A stretch of 64,000 nt of DNA from Pyrodictiaceae archaeon (GCA_027036135.1 JALVSY010000030.1:32001-96000); one strand, 5' to 3'. Positions 48,360-58,233 are shown, counted from the stretch's first letter. Notes: generated by a model not told the origin, from the letters alone. Numbers and translations are program-made.

Positions 48360-48568
48360 TCAGGGCTTGTAGACTAGTATTGCCTTCCTGCCATCCTTCT
48401 CGGCAAGCTCTATGAGTAGCTTATCTCCTGTCTTCCAGCCTAGGAGCTCTACTAGCTCCTTCGGTATCGTTATCTCGTAGCCTACGTATTCTCTATTGTT
48501 CCTGTTTTCTACGTATCACTAGTACTAGCCGCTCTCAGTAGGACTAATCTACACTCTACTTGTATCAC
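48360..48568 (-). pseudogene. AbrB/MazE/SpoVT-type DNA-binding gene, frameshifted
   Basis: YEITIPKELVELLGWKTGDKLLIEL...KAILVYKP*; nearest GTG (48568) is out of frame. Confidence 0.65.
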
Positions 48569-48851
48569 TACTGATAAAATGACTGGCCCAAAAAGTAGCT
48601 ATATTAATAAAAATTATATAAAATGGAAACAACATGTAGTAGCTCATATGATTGCGAGAATTAAAGATTCGATCAAGGCTTATTCATAGATATTAAAGAA
48701 GAAATAATATCGATAGCTTCTCTTAGAGAAGACCGGGACTTAAAAAGCTCGTAGTTAAGCATAAAGGTCTTCCTCCGTATACGACATGACCGTGACATGG
48801 ATAATGTAATATGGAGCTACATGAGGAGTTTATGGGAGGGGTTGAGGTGTT

Positions 48852-48929
48852 TGGTGCCGCGGCCGGGATTTGAACCCGGGTCACGGGCTTGAAAGGCCCG
48901 CATACTTGGCCGGGCTATACTACCGCGGC
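48852..48929 (-). tRNA. tRNA-Glu(TTC)
   Basis: cloverleaf, anticodon loop CTTTCAA, encoded CCA. Confidence 0.97.
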
Positions 48930-49055
48930 AACCGCGCAGCGGATAAGAGCGCTTAGGGCCGGGCTCAGCCGCGGCCATGAATCTCGGTATTGGTGACTGC
49001 CTCTTATAATAGTTTTCTTTCTAATCTAATAGTTTTTCTGGCGCTCTATTACTAG

Positions 49056-51794
49056 CTATCTTGTTATATTTATAAGCCATATCTCCCTCGTACCATCTGC
49101 CCTGATAAACAAGAGTGATGTCGTGTTATAGGCCTCTAGTCTATCTCCTGGCCCCCAGGGCAGAAACGGCAATGTTACAATATAGGGAATGGTCTCGCCG
49201 GTTCCTAGGTCTATTTGGTATAAGCCCCCTCTCTCAAGTAGTACCCATAGATTGTTACCCGTGTATGCCATGCCGACGGGGTGGCTCCCCGGAGCCAGTC
49301 CAAGGACTTCTATGTTGACACCCGTGCTTGTCGCGGCCGCCTCTATTATGACTGGTTGCCCGCTTGACTTGTTATATGCTATGAAGTAGGCATGCAAGAA
49401 GTCACTAGTATGAGCTGATGCCGGGTAACTATATGGCGGCCCTACTACTAGGTCGCCAGGCAATGTACCGTTTGCGACTAAGGCGCCAGTGTTGAGGCTC
49501 ACTACGCAGTACTGATTACCCCCGGTTAACACTACTAGGTATGCATCCGTACTGGTATTTATGGCCTCTGCATCAACGCCCTGCTGCAGCGCTCGGCAAC
49601 TCGTGGTTAGGAGTGTCCAGTTTCCGCTTGGGCTGAGAGGAGCCGTGTATATACCGGTAGCATTAACTAGGACCAAGAGGTTCCTCGCAGCGCTATAAGT
49701 TATCGCCGCTGTGCCATTGAATACAGTGTTTGCTGGTATATCGTAGAGCTTAGTCAGGGAGGGGAGCTGGTAAACCTCTATGAAGTCTAAGCCGCCCGGC
49801 GCCACCAGTAATGCATTGAATACAGAGCGAGAAGCCTCTTGGTATAGGGCGTTCAACATATCGATGCTTATACTCGCTGGCCCCGGAGCCCTATAGATAA
49901 GCCTAACCTTGACGGTATCGTTAGCCGTGTTTACAAGCCCATCGTAGTTCTCTATAGTTTTGTTCGCGGATAGCGTGCCACCACTATAGCTTCCCGATGC
50001 GAGTAAGAGCCAGGCACCGCTACTCCAGTTATATAGCCATAAAGTATAGCTCCCAGTGGATATATTTGACAAAAATACCGTCTTCGCCCCAAGACTATAC
50101 GGGTTAGTATCCGGAATGGTCGCATAAGCGACCAAGTCAGCGACGTACTCCTTTACAAAGCTTAGACTATAAGCATTGCCGCCATAGACCACGCTATACT
50201 TACCACCAGTAAGGCCGCTAAGAGTATCGTTTAGCACTAGGTCTCCCTGGCTATCATAAACGACTATACGTGCATCCCGTACAATCGGGTGCCAAGTAAC
50301 ATCAAGCACAGCAATACCATCAGTATTAGTAGTATTGCTGGCAACCAGTAACGAGCCACTATAAAGCTCAACAGTCCAGCCCGAAACCGGATTACCGTTA
50401 AGAGTAACCGTGAAGTTAACAAACCTAGGATTAGCATAAGACACTATAAAGTTATCAAAGCTCGCACTCGATCTATAGGTGCCCACGCCAAGCTCTGTCG
50501 GGGTAAAGGTAGTGTCAACAGCACTCACCGATCCAACAAGCCCGTTTGCGTCATAAACGTCTAGTCGCATATAGCCGCTTGAAGGATTGTAATAAACAAG
50601 GGATGTATACCAGATATTGGTATTTACAGTTGCTGGCGCACTATTAAGTAATTCCCATCCAAATAAATTATTAGGATTATAAATCCATATATCTATACTT
50701 GAGTTTTCTACATCTATGCTAAATTCATATAACATTGATGCCGTTGAATTAAAGAGAACTATATCATTATACCCACTCCCCGTATAGATCTGAGACATGA
50801 CATAATAGGGCCTTGAGGGCGCGCTAATACTTGTCGGATATGCTATGTATTCACCGCCTATGCCACCTGTTGTTCTGGTACTTGTTTGTTGTATTCCGGC
50901 TGTCCCGTTATAGCCTATGTTGCTGTTCCAACTCCATGTCCCGCCTATTGTTCCCCAGGTGCCGCTTGTGAATGGGTCTCCGCTCTCAAAGTCCGTGGCA
51001 TAGACTAGATTGTTAGTTATATTGATGCCTTGGAATGTTATTGCTTGCTGTGTATCAATATTCATGGTGTTACCATCGCTTATGTTTAGGCTCACTGCGT
51101 TGCCGCTTACTAGCTCGCCTTCTAGCACATTATATGAGGCTACGTTGCCGTAGTTATTTGTAAGTATTGTTCCGTTTACTATTCCTTTCCATGTCTGTGT
51201 CCAGTCACTGGGCGCTATATCCATAAGGGCTAGGAGGCTTGCCGCGGGAGCTGTTGTGCTGCTTGTTGAGGTGTATAGTTGCTTATTCTTTATTGTTATT
51301 ACTGCTACTGCTGGGCTTGCTGATAGCGTTGCTGATATGGTTATTGGCTGGGTTGCCTGGTTTATTGTGACTTCGAGCGTGTCTCCTGGCGCCATTGTGA
51401 CTGGGAAGCTTGTTACTGTATATGTCGCTCCGCTTGCGCTTGTTATTGTAGCTGTTATCGTGGTGCCTAGCTCGGTGTAGCGGTCTATAGCTAGTGTTGT
51501 CTGGTTGTCCCAGAGTATGTCTATGCTTGTTATCGTGACTGCTCTGGGGGCGTTCGAGGTTATTGTTATCGTCAATGTACCAGTTAGATAGTCGTATGTG
51601 TAGTAGCTCTGTAGGCTTGAGGCTAGTAACTGGGTTGAGATCTTCTCCTGGGCTGCTTGGCTCACTGTGTTGAGTAGTTCTTTTTGCTGCGTGTTGAGGT
51701 AGAAGTAGAGGGCCAGCATTGCGAGTAGGGCTATTGCGAGCAGTACTCCCCCTATTATTGTTGCTATTGCCCTAGATCTTCTTAGCCGAGGCAT
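49056..51794 (-). CDS. very large pilin-like surface protein/adhesin
   Basis: class III-like signal RRSRA|IATIIGG + hydrophobic helix; Thr/Asn/Ser-rich beta domains; many N-x-S/T sequons. Confidence 0.75.
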   Translation of the reverse strand: MPRLRRSRAIATIIGGVLLAIALLAMLALYFYLNTQQKELLNTVSQAAQEKISTQLLASSLQSYYTYDYLTGTLTITITSNAPRAVTITSIDILWDNQTTLAIDRYTELGTTITATITSASGATYTVTSFPVTMAPGDTLEVTINQATQPITISATLSASPAVAVITIKNKQLYTSTSSTTAPAASLLALMDIAPSDWTQTWKGIVNGTILTNNYGNVASYNVLEGELVSGNAVSLNISDGNTMNIDTQQAITFQGINITNNLVYATDFESGDPFTSGTWGTIGGTWSWNSNIGYNGTAGIQQTSTRTTGGIGGEYIAYPTSISAPSRPYYVMSQIYTGSGYNDIVLFNSTASMLYEFSIDVENSSIDIWIYNPNNLFGWELLNSAPATVNTNIWYTSLVYYNPSSGYMRLDVYDANGLVGSVSAVDTTFTPTELGVGTYRSSASFDNFIVSYANPRFVNFTVTLNGNPVSGWTVELYSGSLLVASNTTNTDGIAVLDVTWHPIVRDARIVVYDSQGDLVLNDTLSGLTGGKYSVVYGGNAYSLSFVKEYVADLVAYATIPDTNPYSLGAKTVFLSNISTGSYTLWLYNWSSGAWLLLASGSYSGGTLSANKTIENYDGLVNTANDTVKVRLIYRAPGPASISIDMLNALYQEASRSVFNALLVAPGGLDFIEVYQLPSLTKLYDIPANTVFNGTAAITYSAARNLLVLVNATGIYTAPLSPSGNWTLLTTSCRALQQGVDAEAINTSTDAYLVVLTGGNQYCVVSLNTGALVANGTLPGDLVVGPPYSYPASAHTSDFLHAYFIAYNKSSGQPVIIEAAATSTGVNIEVLGLAPGSHPVGMAYTGNNLWVLLERGGLYQIDLGTGETIPYIVTLPFLPWGPGDRLEAYNTTSLLFIRADGTREIWLINITR

Positions 51795-52227
51795 ATGCTT
51801 CTCCGCCCTCGTACACTATTTTTACATCTGCGTAGCTCTTGCCGCCGAGGTTACAGGTTATTGTCGCTGCTGCGTAGTATGGGAGTACTATGTTATGCGG
51901 TATCAGTGTTTGGCCATTGTTTAGGCTTAGTGTGCACTTGTCGCTCCACAGGGTATTGTTAATGTATATGTCGTATAGTTTTACCGGAGTGTTATCGGTT
52001 ACTATTACTACGTGGAGCACGCCATTACTATCTATATAGGCTAGGGCTATTGTGAGATCTTGCCTCGACTCTATGGTTGTTTTTATCAGCTGTTGTTCTG
52101 CTAGTTGCTGCGCGGTATAAGTGTTCTCAATTATCCTTGAGATTACTAGGGCTCCGACGCCAAGCACTATTATAGCTAGCAGTGCTGCTGAGACGTACTC
52201 GCTTATTCCTCGCAGAGGCCTCCGCAC
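51772..52227 (-). CDS. archaeal type IV pilin
   Basis: RG|ISEYVSAALLAIIVL class III signal peptide. Confidence 0.8.
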   Translation of the reverse strand: MRRPLRGISEYVSAALLAIIVLGVGALVISRIIENTYTAQQLAEQQLIKTTIESRQDLTIALAYIDSNGVLHVVIVTDNTPVKLYDIYINNTLWSDKCTLSLNNGQTLIPHNIVLPYYAAATITCNLGGKSYADVKIVYEGGEAYASAKKI

Positions 52228-52400
52228 CTTACCATCCCTCAGCAGGCTACTTGAGGGTCAAGCGCTAGTTTATGCATTGTTTGCTCCTATGTGTTTCTAG
52301 GAATAGTTTTGTGCTATTATACGACTATCGCTCCTGGAGCTACGTGGTTTCATCGTAAGCTTCTTAACCCTCCGAGCATGTAGTCTGTCCCTACATGGCT

Positions 52401-52479
52401 GCGGCGGTCGTCTAGCCTGGACTAGGACGCCGGCCTGCCAAGCCGGAGATCCCGGGTTCAAATCCCGGCCGCCGCACCA
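52401..52479 (+). tRNA. tRNA-Gly(GCC)
   Basis: cloverleaf, anticodon loop CTGCCAA, encoded CCA. Confidence 0.97.
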
Positions 52480-52633
52480 ATCTCCTCGTATTACTTCGCT
52501 CCTGCAAGAGTTATGTCATGTACTGAATCCCGTGCACCTATACACATCCTAGCGCTATTTACTCTAGTTCCGAAGAAGTCGAGACATATACATATCCTGA
52601 ATTGTTCCTAGGAGAGTTACAGGGTGCACTTAG

Positions 52634-53110
52634 TTAATTGTGACGTGCTTTGGGCCAGTTGTTGCGAACAAATCTTTCCCGGTGTTCTTTTCGGAAAACA
52701 TAGCGTATACCGTAGCGTTTCTTAAACGGGAGGCGGAGAGCCTCGATAAGCAGGCGGAGCCAATGGTGACGGGGCTCTTTTTCCTTCGGCGATAAAGCAC
52801 CGGTAGGGCAGGCTTGGACGCAGAGCATGCAGCGCTTACATAGCTCTGGATGAACCATTACTGGTCTATACCTTATGGTTTCCTTTCCGAGTCCTAGTAG
52901 CTTGACTCTCATTGGCCTAGTTTCCCATATTTTGTCCCCGTAGGGGCAGGCAGAGATACACTCATCGCCTCCGCCGCATGTTGGGTAATAGATTACGAAC
53001 GGTGTATTCTCGCGCATATATTGGTAGTAGTATCGCCAACTAGGCACTTCTTCCCTGTCTCCCAAGACCGCCCAGCCTCCATAGGAAACCATCGTGCTGG
53101 AGGAGTGCAA
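52634..53110 (-). CDS. ferredoxin-like protein with basic extensions
   Basis: CGGGDECISACP and CKRCMLCVQACPTGAL. Confidence 0.82.
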   Translation of the reverse strand: MHSSSTMVSYGGWAVLGDREEVPSWRYYYQYMRENTPFVIYYPTCGGGDECISACPYGDKIWETRPMRVKLLGLGKETIRYRPVMVHPELCKRCMLCVQACPTGALSPKEKEPRHHWLRLLIEALRLPFKKRYGIRYVFRKEHRERFVRNNWPKARHN

Positions 53111-53465
53111 CTATTAAGTCTTCTCAAGAAAAGAGGAGCTTCGTTATCGTCTATTAAACTGCATTAATTGCTGAAAATAACTAATGACGGGGTGAGGAGC
53201 CTTCCTCCCTGTCGTTACGTATAGGAATGCTGTGCTAATGTAATGCTAGGTACCTATAGCTTATCTAGGCCCTATTCTTCGGTTTGCCAAGACGATAATT
53301 TATGGATGACGAAATAGAATATGCGCGCCGGGTAGGCCTAATAAAAATATTATACGCGCGGCATGAAAGACTATGGCTACTCGCATCGTCCTATATCTTT
53401 CAATCACCGAGCCTAAGTACTACCTAGTAATGTATTGGTCACGTATTCTTCACTTACTAGTTTCC

Positions 53466-54122
53466 TTACGACTGATGAATAGGGTCTCTATGCAATACGC
53501 TAATTAGCGTTCTGCATCCTTTTCCTAGTCTCGCAAAGAGCGTTTTGTAATAGTCCTCGAGGCTTTGTGACACTATTATTAGGTGTGGTAGCCGTGTGTC
53601 CAGGCAGCTCGCCATTATTGCTCCGAGCTCGTATTGGCGGATAGTGCTTGGCTCATTGTCTATGAGCATATTTATTGTTAATACTTCTTTGTGCTTTGTT
53701 GTAAGTACTATGTCGTGGAGATAACTTGTACCTGTTGAGCCAGTTACTAGGCTGGATACTTGATGTTCGAGGCCAAGGCCTCTAGCTGCCTTCATTACCG
53801 CGGCGTAGGCGTTCTCCTTTGCTCCTTCCTGTCTTGTTTCGCTCTCAATGCCTAGTCCTCTCTGGAGTACGCGTAGTAGTGAGAGAAAGAATGAGCCCTT
53901 GCGGGTTATGTTGTATAGGCATACGCCTCTGCTACAAGTTGTCTCTAGTAGGCCTAGCCTGTGAAGCCTTGTGGCTAGGCGTGAGAAGCTCTGAGGGTTT
54001 AGGTTCGCGAGGTGCATTAGCCTTGTCTTGCGTATGGGGCCTTTATGGCTAAGTATCGACAGTATGTCACCTACTATGATGAGGACGTCTCTGCGGCGTG
54101 ATCGCGTCATTTTCTTGTACAA
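53466..54122 (-). CDS. winged-helix regulator (COG3432-like) with nuclease-like C-terminal domain
   Basis: RR..L.IV.DIL...RKTRLMHLANLN...GLL...Y.ITRKG; C-terminal VTGSTGTSYLHDIV. Confidence 0.72.
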   Translation of the reverse strand: MYKKMTRSRRRDVLIIVGDILSILSHKGPIRKTRLMHLANLNPQSFSRLATRLHRLGLLETTCSRGVCLYNITRKGSFFLSLLRVLQRGLGIESETRQEGAKENAYAAVMKAARGLGLEHQVSSLVTGSTGTSYLHDIVLTTKHKEVLTINMLIDNEPSTIRQYELGAIMASCLDTRLPHLIIVSQSLEDYYKTLFARLGKGCRTLISVLHRDPIHQS

Positions 54123-54260
54123 CTCCTGGATGGATAGGGTCTACGGATATGGAGATGTATTGTAAAAATACTGGGTATCCGTTTATGTCTTTGTATCTCT
54201 TAGCTATTTATTAGAGTTGTGTACTGGGGCTACGCAATGTATAAAAGACTCCTCCAAGAC

Positions 54261-55256
54261 TCATTGATTATCTTCCTTATCCGTACTTGTTTTTGCGCAG
54301 AGGAAGAGCCTCGCTATAGGTGTACAGGCTAGTCCTTCTTCTCGGCTGAGCAATAGTGGTTGACCTGTTCTCTCCGCTAGTCTCGCTACGTCTTGGATAC
54401 CCGTTGCCTCGACGTAGTCTCTTGGAGGTGTTTTTAGCTCTATTACCGGGACTGTTAGTGATTCTAGGATCTCTACTGGGGTTCTTCGGTGCGCTCGGGC
54501 GTAGAGCACTGAACCCGTTAATGCCAGGGCTATTCCAGCAGAGAACGCTGCTAGTAGCAGCTTCCTCGTCGCTGTTGTGTCCCGTATTTGGTTGCCCTGA
54601 CTGGTTGTTGCTGGGAGTGTTATTGTTTCTGTTCCTTGGCTACTGGTGACTGTTACTTTGTAGAGGGGCTCGTTGTACCCCAGGCTTATCTTTATTGAGG
54701 GGTTCATCGTTATCGTCTTGTTCGCTATTCTTGTGGCTGCCTCTAGTCTTACTTCGAGGCTCATATCGGTTGTCACTGGTAGCCCGGTCTCGCGTAGCAG
54801 CTTTAGTGAAGTGTTTCTCGCTTCCCCTAGTCCTAGGTCTACGATTATCCTTGCTCCCGGGGCTAGTGCTCCCTTGGTCACGTTTAACTTCACTGAGAAG
54901 GGGCCTATGTTTAACTGCCTCGTCAACGTATAGTGTATGTCCCGTGCCCCTATACTTGGCGGCATCTTTAGCTCTAGCTTGAATATGCCATAGGCTCTAT
55001 GCAGGAGTTTTACTGGTAGCGCTCCCTGGGATAGTATCTCAGCCGTACCGTTGGGGTATATGAGGCTCTTCTCTGTCACCGCGTAGAGGCTTGCCTGTGC
55101 AGAGTACCGGAGAGTAACGGTGTTGTTGCTCTGGGCTGTTGCAGTGGCTGGCTTACTCGTGACTAGGAGACCCGTAGCAGCGAAGGCTGCTATGCCTAGC
55201 CCGAGGAGTATCAATGCTATTGCTACTGTGTAAGTGGCTGGTCTTTTCCCAGACAA
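54261..55256 (-). CDS. membrane protein with two TM anchors (DUF5305-like)
   Basis: N-terminal TM, beta-rich ectodomain (A.VTEKSLIYPNG), second TM, cytoplasmic DVARLAERTGQPLL. Confidence 0.6.
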   Translation of the reverse strand: MSGKRPATYTVAIALILLGLGIAAFAATGLLVTSKPATATAQSNNTVTLRYSAQASLYAVTEKSLIYPNGTAEILSQGALPVKLLHRAYGIFKLELKMPPSIGARDIHYTLTRQLNIGPFSVKLNVTKGALAPGARIIVDLGLGEARNTSLKLLRETGLPVTTDMSLEVRLEAATRIANKTITMNPSIKISLGYNEPLYKVTVTSSQGTETITLPATTSQGNQIRDTTATRKLLLAAFSAGIALALTGSVLYARAHRRTPVEILESLTVPVIELKTPPRDYVEATGIQDVARLAERTGQPLLLSREEGLACTPIARLFLCAKTSTDKEDNQ

Positions 55257-55389
55257 CTCAGTTCAACACACAGTGGATTGAATGGTTCCCCGGGAAACGC
55301 TAACTGAGAAAAACAAGAGCTGGGTCCCGGGGAACGATCTCCAGGGATATACTCGTGGTAGCTATTATTCAATTTTCCGGCTCTCCATG

Positions 55390-56610
55390 CTATGTTACTA
55401 CTCTCTCACGGAGTGAACGTACAAGAGCTGGGAGCATTATCAGTGCTATGATTGTTGCTAATAGTAGCATTTGCGCAGCAAATACGTCTCCTCCTAGGAT
55501 CCTTGCAACCGTTATTAGTGGTAGGCCCGCATAAGGTATGCGAAGATATAGCTTGCCTAGAACTTGTCTCGTAGTTATCGGGTTATCTGGTGCATTATTC
55601 GCATCGCCTTTTGTCACTAACTGGTTCCTAGTAACGTTGATTACTCTGTGAAGAATTATCATCCCAGAGTACTTGTAGGCTACCACATCACCAACACGTG
55701 GTTCTTGCTGGATCTTCTTCACAACCACTATGTCTCCTATCCTTATACTGGGCTCCATGCTCCCGCTGAGTACTATCATTGGCCAGTATCCTTTCCAGAG
55801 CACGAGGAGGAAAAGGAAAACCGCTAGCGCGGTTGCTATGATGGTTCCGGGCCCAACATTCCTCTCCCCGGTGTTGCCACGTATCAGCGCTACACGCGAA
55901 CTCGTATAGAGCACTATTAGCATTGATGGAAGCATTACTAGGAAACTAGACAAGGCCGACGGAAGGTAGGGAAGGAGAGGAGAAACCATTACGGGGAGCC
56001 TTATTCCAAGCACGTAGCCTATAGCCAGGCTCCTAGAGCCGTACCGTAGCAGCGTAATGGTACTAGCAAGGAGAGAGAAGAGAGCAACTAAGCCCAAACC
56101 AGTATTCATCAGCACTTGTCTATTAGCTCCAAGACCTATTTCGGAGACATTGACAAACATGTCGAGAAATACTAAGAAGCCAAGCAAGCCAAGCAGTAAC
56201 CGTCTCACCCCATGAGTTCCTCGGCTAAGCAACTCACCCAATCCCATGACGGCTACCACTATTAGAGGCGCATCCATAGCGAAGTTAAGCAAGCCAGTAA
56301 CAATACCTGGCGCATAGCTATTAACCGCGAACCCATTGATTAGCGCAAAGGCAACTAACAAGCTATACCATAGACTAAGAGCGGTCATAACCGCTGCCGA
56401 AAGCTCCTTTCCAAGAGGGGCCGCACTTCCTCGATGACTATGAAGTAGAAGCGCTAACAACATTGTGGCTAGGAGAGCCTCTAGGAGCCTAGGATAACCA
56501 AGCAGATTTACGCCTAGAAGGACATTACTCACTAAGACAAATTCTGCGCTAGCCAACGCTACTATAGCAAGACGCATTACCACTTCATTATGGCCCATGA
56601 GCATTCCCAC
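55390..56610 (-). CDS. SipW/S26-type signal peptidase fused to a polytopic membrane domain
   Basis: VLSGSMEPSIRIGDIVVV, IILHRV, TKGDANNAPD after several TM helices. Confidence 0.88.
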   Translation of the reverse strand: MGMLMGHNEVVMRLAIVALASAEFVLVSNVLLGVNLLGYPRLLEALLATMLLALLLHSHRGSAAPLGKELSAAVMTALSLWYSLLVAFALINGFAVNSYAPGIVTGLLNFAMDAPLIVVAVMGLGELLSRGTHGVRRLLLGLLGFLVFLDMFVNVSEIGLGANRQVLMNTGLGLVALFSLLASTITLLRYGSRSLAIGYVLGIRLPVMVSPLLPYLPSALSSFLVMLPSMLIVLYTSSRVALIRGNTGERNVGPGTIIATALAVFLFLLVLWKGYWPMIVLSGSMEPSIRIGDIVVVKKIQQEPRVGDVVAYKYSGMIILHRVINVTRNQLVTKGDANNAPDNPITTRQVLGKLYLRIPYAGLPLITVARILGGDVFAAQMLLLATIIALIMLPALVRSLRERVVT

Positions 56611-56709
56611 GCTTATTAAAACTAGGGGTATCGATTTAGGAAAGAGGGAAGGAGCACCCTCCTTCCCGGGAACAAAACTCTCATTGACTATGTATTAGTT
56701 AGCACTGTG

Positions 56710-57405
56710 TTATCGCGGTGTTGGCGTGCTGTATTCGTTCCATTGGACTGCTTGGAGTAGTACTAGGAAGTTCAGTGTCGTGCCCTGCGGGGCTGATTGT
56801 AGTACTGTTAGGTCTAGGCTTATGTCTGCACATTGGCCTGGATGTAACTGTGTGCCGAAGTTATCTCCCCACCATATGGTTATGTCTGGTGATGTATCGT
56901 TATTTAGATCTACTTCCACGCCCTGGTTCAGTTCTTGCTCGTTTAGCTCATAGTAGTACTGGCCATCTACTTGTACTCTCCATATCTTTATTGGTATAGT
57001 GCCATCGTTACACACCTTGAATTCTATATGAGTATAATACCATGGATACACATTAACAAGTGTAATGTTTAGTGCGTCATAGTCGCCATCACCGTCAGTG
57101 TCTACTAGTGTTACGTTAGTGCATCCGACATCCTTGCCTTCGGGCGGTGATAGTTGCTCTGCCCCTGGTTGCGGATAGTATGATGCGTTCCAGTCATAAC
57201 CTCCGCTCTGGCCATAGCCTGGCTGCAACCCACATGCATCTAGAAGTATTAGTGAACCATTCTGTGTAGCGAAGTCAACTTCACCAGTATTTGCTACTCC
57301 GTTTACTTTGAGTGTCTGGCTCCACATTGAGTACGCTAAACCGATCGATACTATCATTATTGCTGCTACTGCTAGTGCTATGCTCATTCCTCTACTTATG
57401 TACAT
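56710..57405 (-). CDS. TasA/AbpA-like secreted fibre subunit
   Basis: signal peptide then AYSMWSQTLKVNGVANTGEV; NVYPWY, NDGTIPIKI, QLHPG, QWNE; DTDGDGDYD acidic loop. Confidence 0.75.
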   Translation of the reverse strand: MYISRGMSIALAVAAIMIVSIGLAYSMWSQTLKVNGVANTGEVDFATQNGSLILLDACGLQPGYGQSGGYDWNASYYPQPGAEQLSPPEGKDVGCTNVTLVDTDGDGDYDALNITLVNVYPWYYTHIEFKVCNDGTIPIKIWRVQVDGQYYYELNEQELNQGVEVDLNNDTSPDITIWWGDNFGTQLHPGQCADISLDLTVLQSAPQGTTLNFLVLLQAVQWNEYSTPTPR

Positions 57406-57552
57406 GACTTATCCAACTCACATAGTTACGAGGGATCTATGCCCTGGGTTAAGAGCAGAGAGGCTTGCCTCCTCTCATGCTCTGAGTCTTGGTGGAAAAA
57501 TCTTGTACCAGTTGCTTACTTTCATATTTATTGACTAGCCTTCTATGCTACG

Positions 57553-58104
57553 TTACGGGCCTGTTACTTCGTTCCACTGAGCAAATGTCAATGTTACCGT
57601 GAAGCTATAGGATGCGTTCTCGTCTGCGCTCTGGGGCACGAATACTGAGATCTGGTATGTGCTTGTCTCATCTGGGTGCATCTGGGTTGATGTCGGTGTG
57701 ACTAGGTTTACTTGTAGTGGGTCGTCGGCCACGACTGATGAGTTGTATAGCTTAACCGGTATTGTACCTATATTTGTTATGTTTAAGGTTATTACTGGGT
57801 TGTAGCCTGGGTACGCGTTGTTTATCGTTATGTTTAGGGTTATGGCGTTGTTATCTGCGTCTACCTCTGCTACTTCTATGTTGCAGCCAGCTACGTCCTT
57901 GTTCTCCTCGTTATGGAACGTTGAGTTCGGTAGTTATGGATCAGCTCCATTATCGCTGCAGCTCCAGCCAGTAAACGCTACTTTTACTTCGCCAGTATTG
58001 ACAACGCCGTTTACCTTTATTGTCTCGCTCCACATCGAGTAGGCTCCTATTATTGACGCTAGCATTACTCCTACAATGGCTAGTCCAAATATAGCTGCTT
58101 TCAT
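57553..58104 (-). pseudogene. second TasA/AbpA-like subunit with in-frame TAA at codon 57
   Basis: MKAAIFGLAIVGVMLASIIGAYSMWSETIKVNGVVNTGEV...GADP*LPNS...NAYPGY...NIGTIPVKL...QMHP...AQWNEVTGP; collinear paralogue of 56710..57405. Confidence 0.85.
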
Positions 58105-58233
58105 GATGTTTCAGCCCACTTTTTGTCATGTATAGAAAGTGTTGACCTGAATATAAATAGGTTCTACATTAAGAGAAAATATTAGCTCTATAGATTACCA
58201 GTATATATGCCGAGTACATAGCACGTGTAATGA

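Noticed and set aside
53182-53217. Hairpin TAATGACGGGG...CCTGTCGTTA
   Set aside because: Single short hairpin without a full box set; cannot distinguish terminator, leader or chance.
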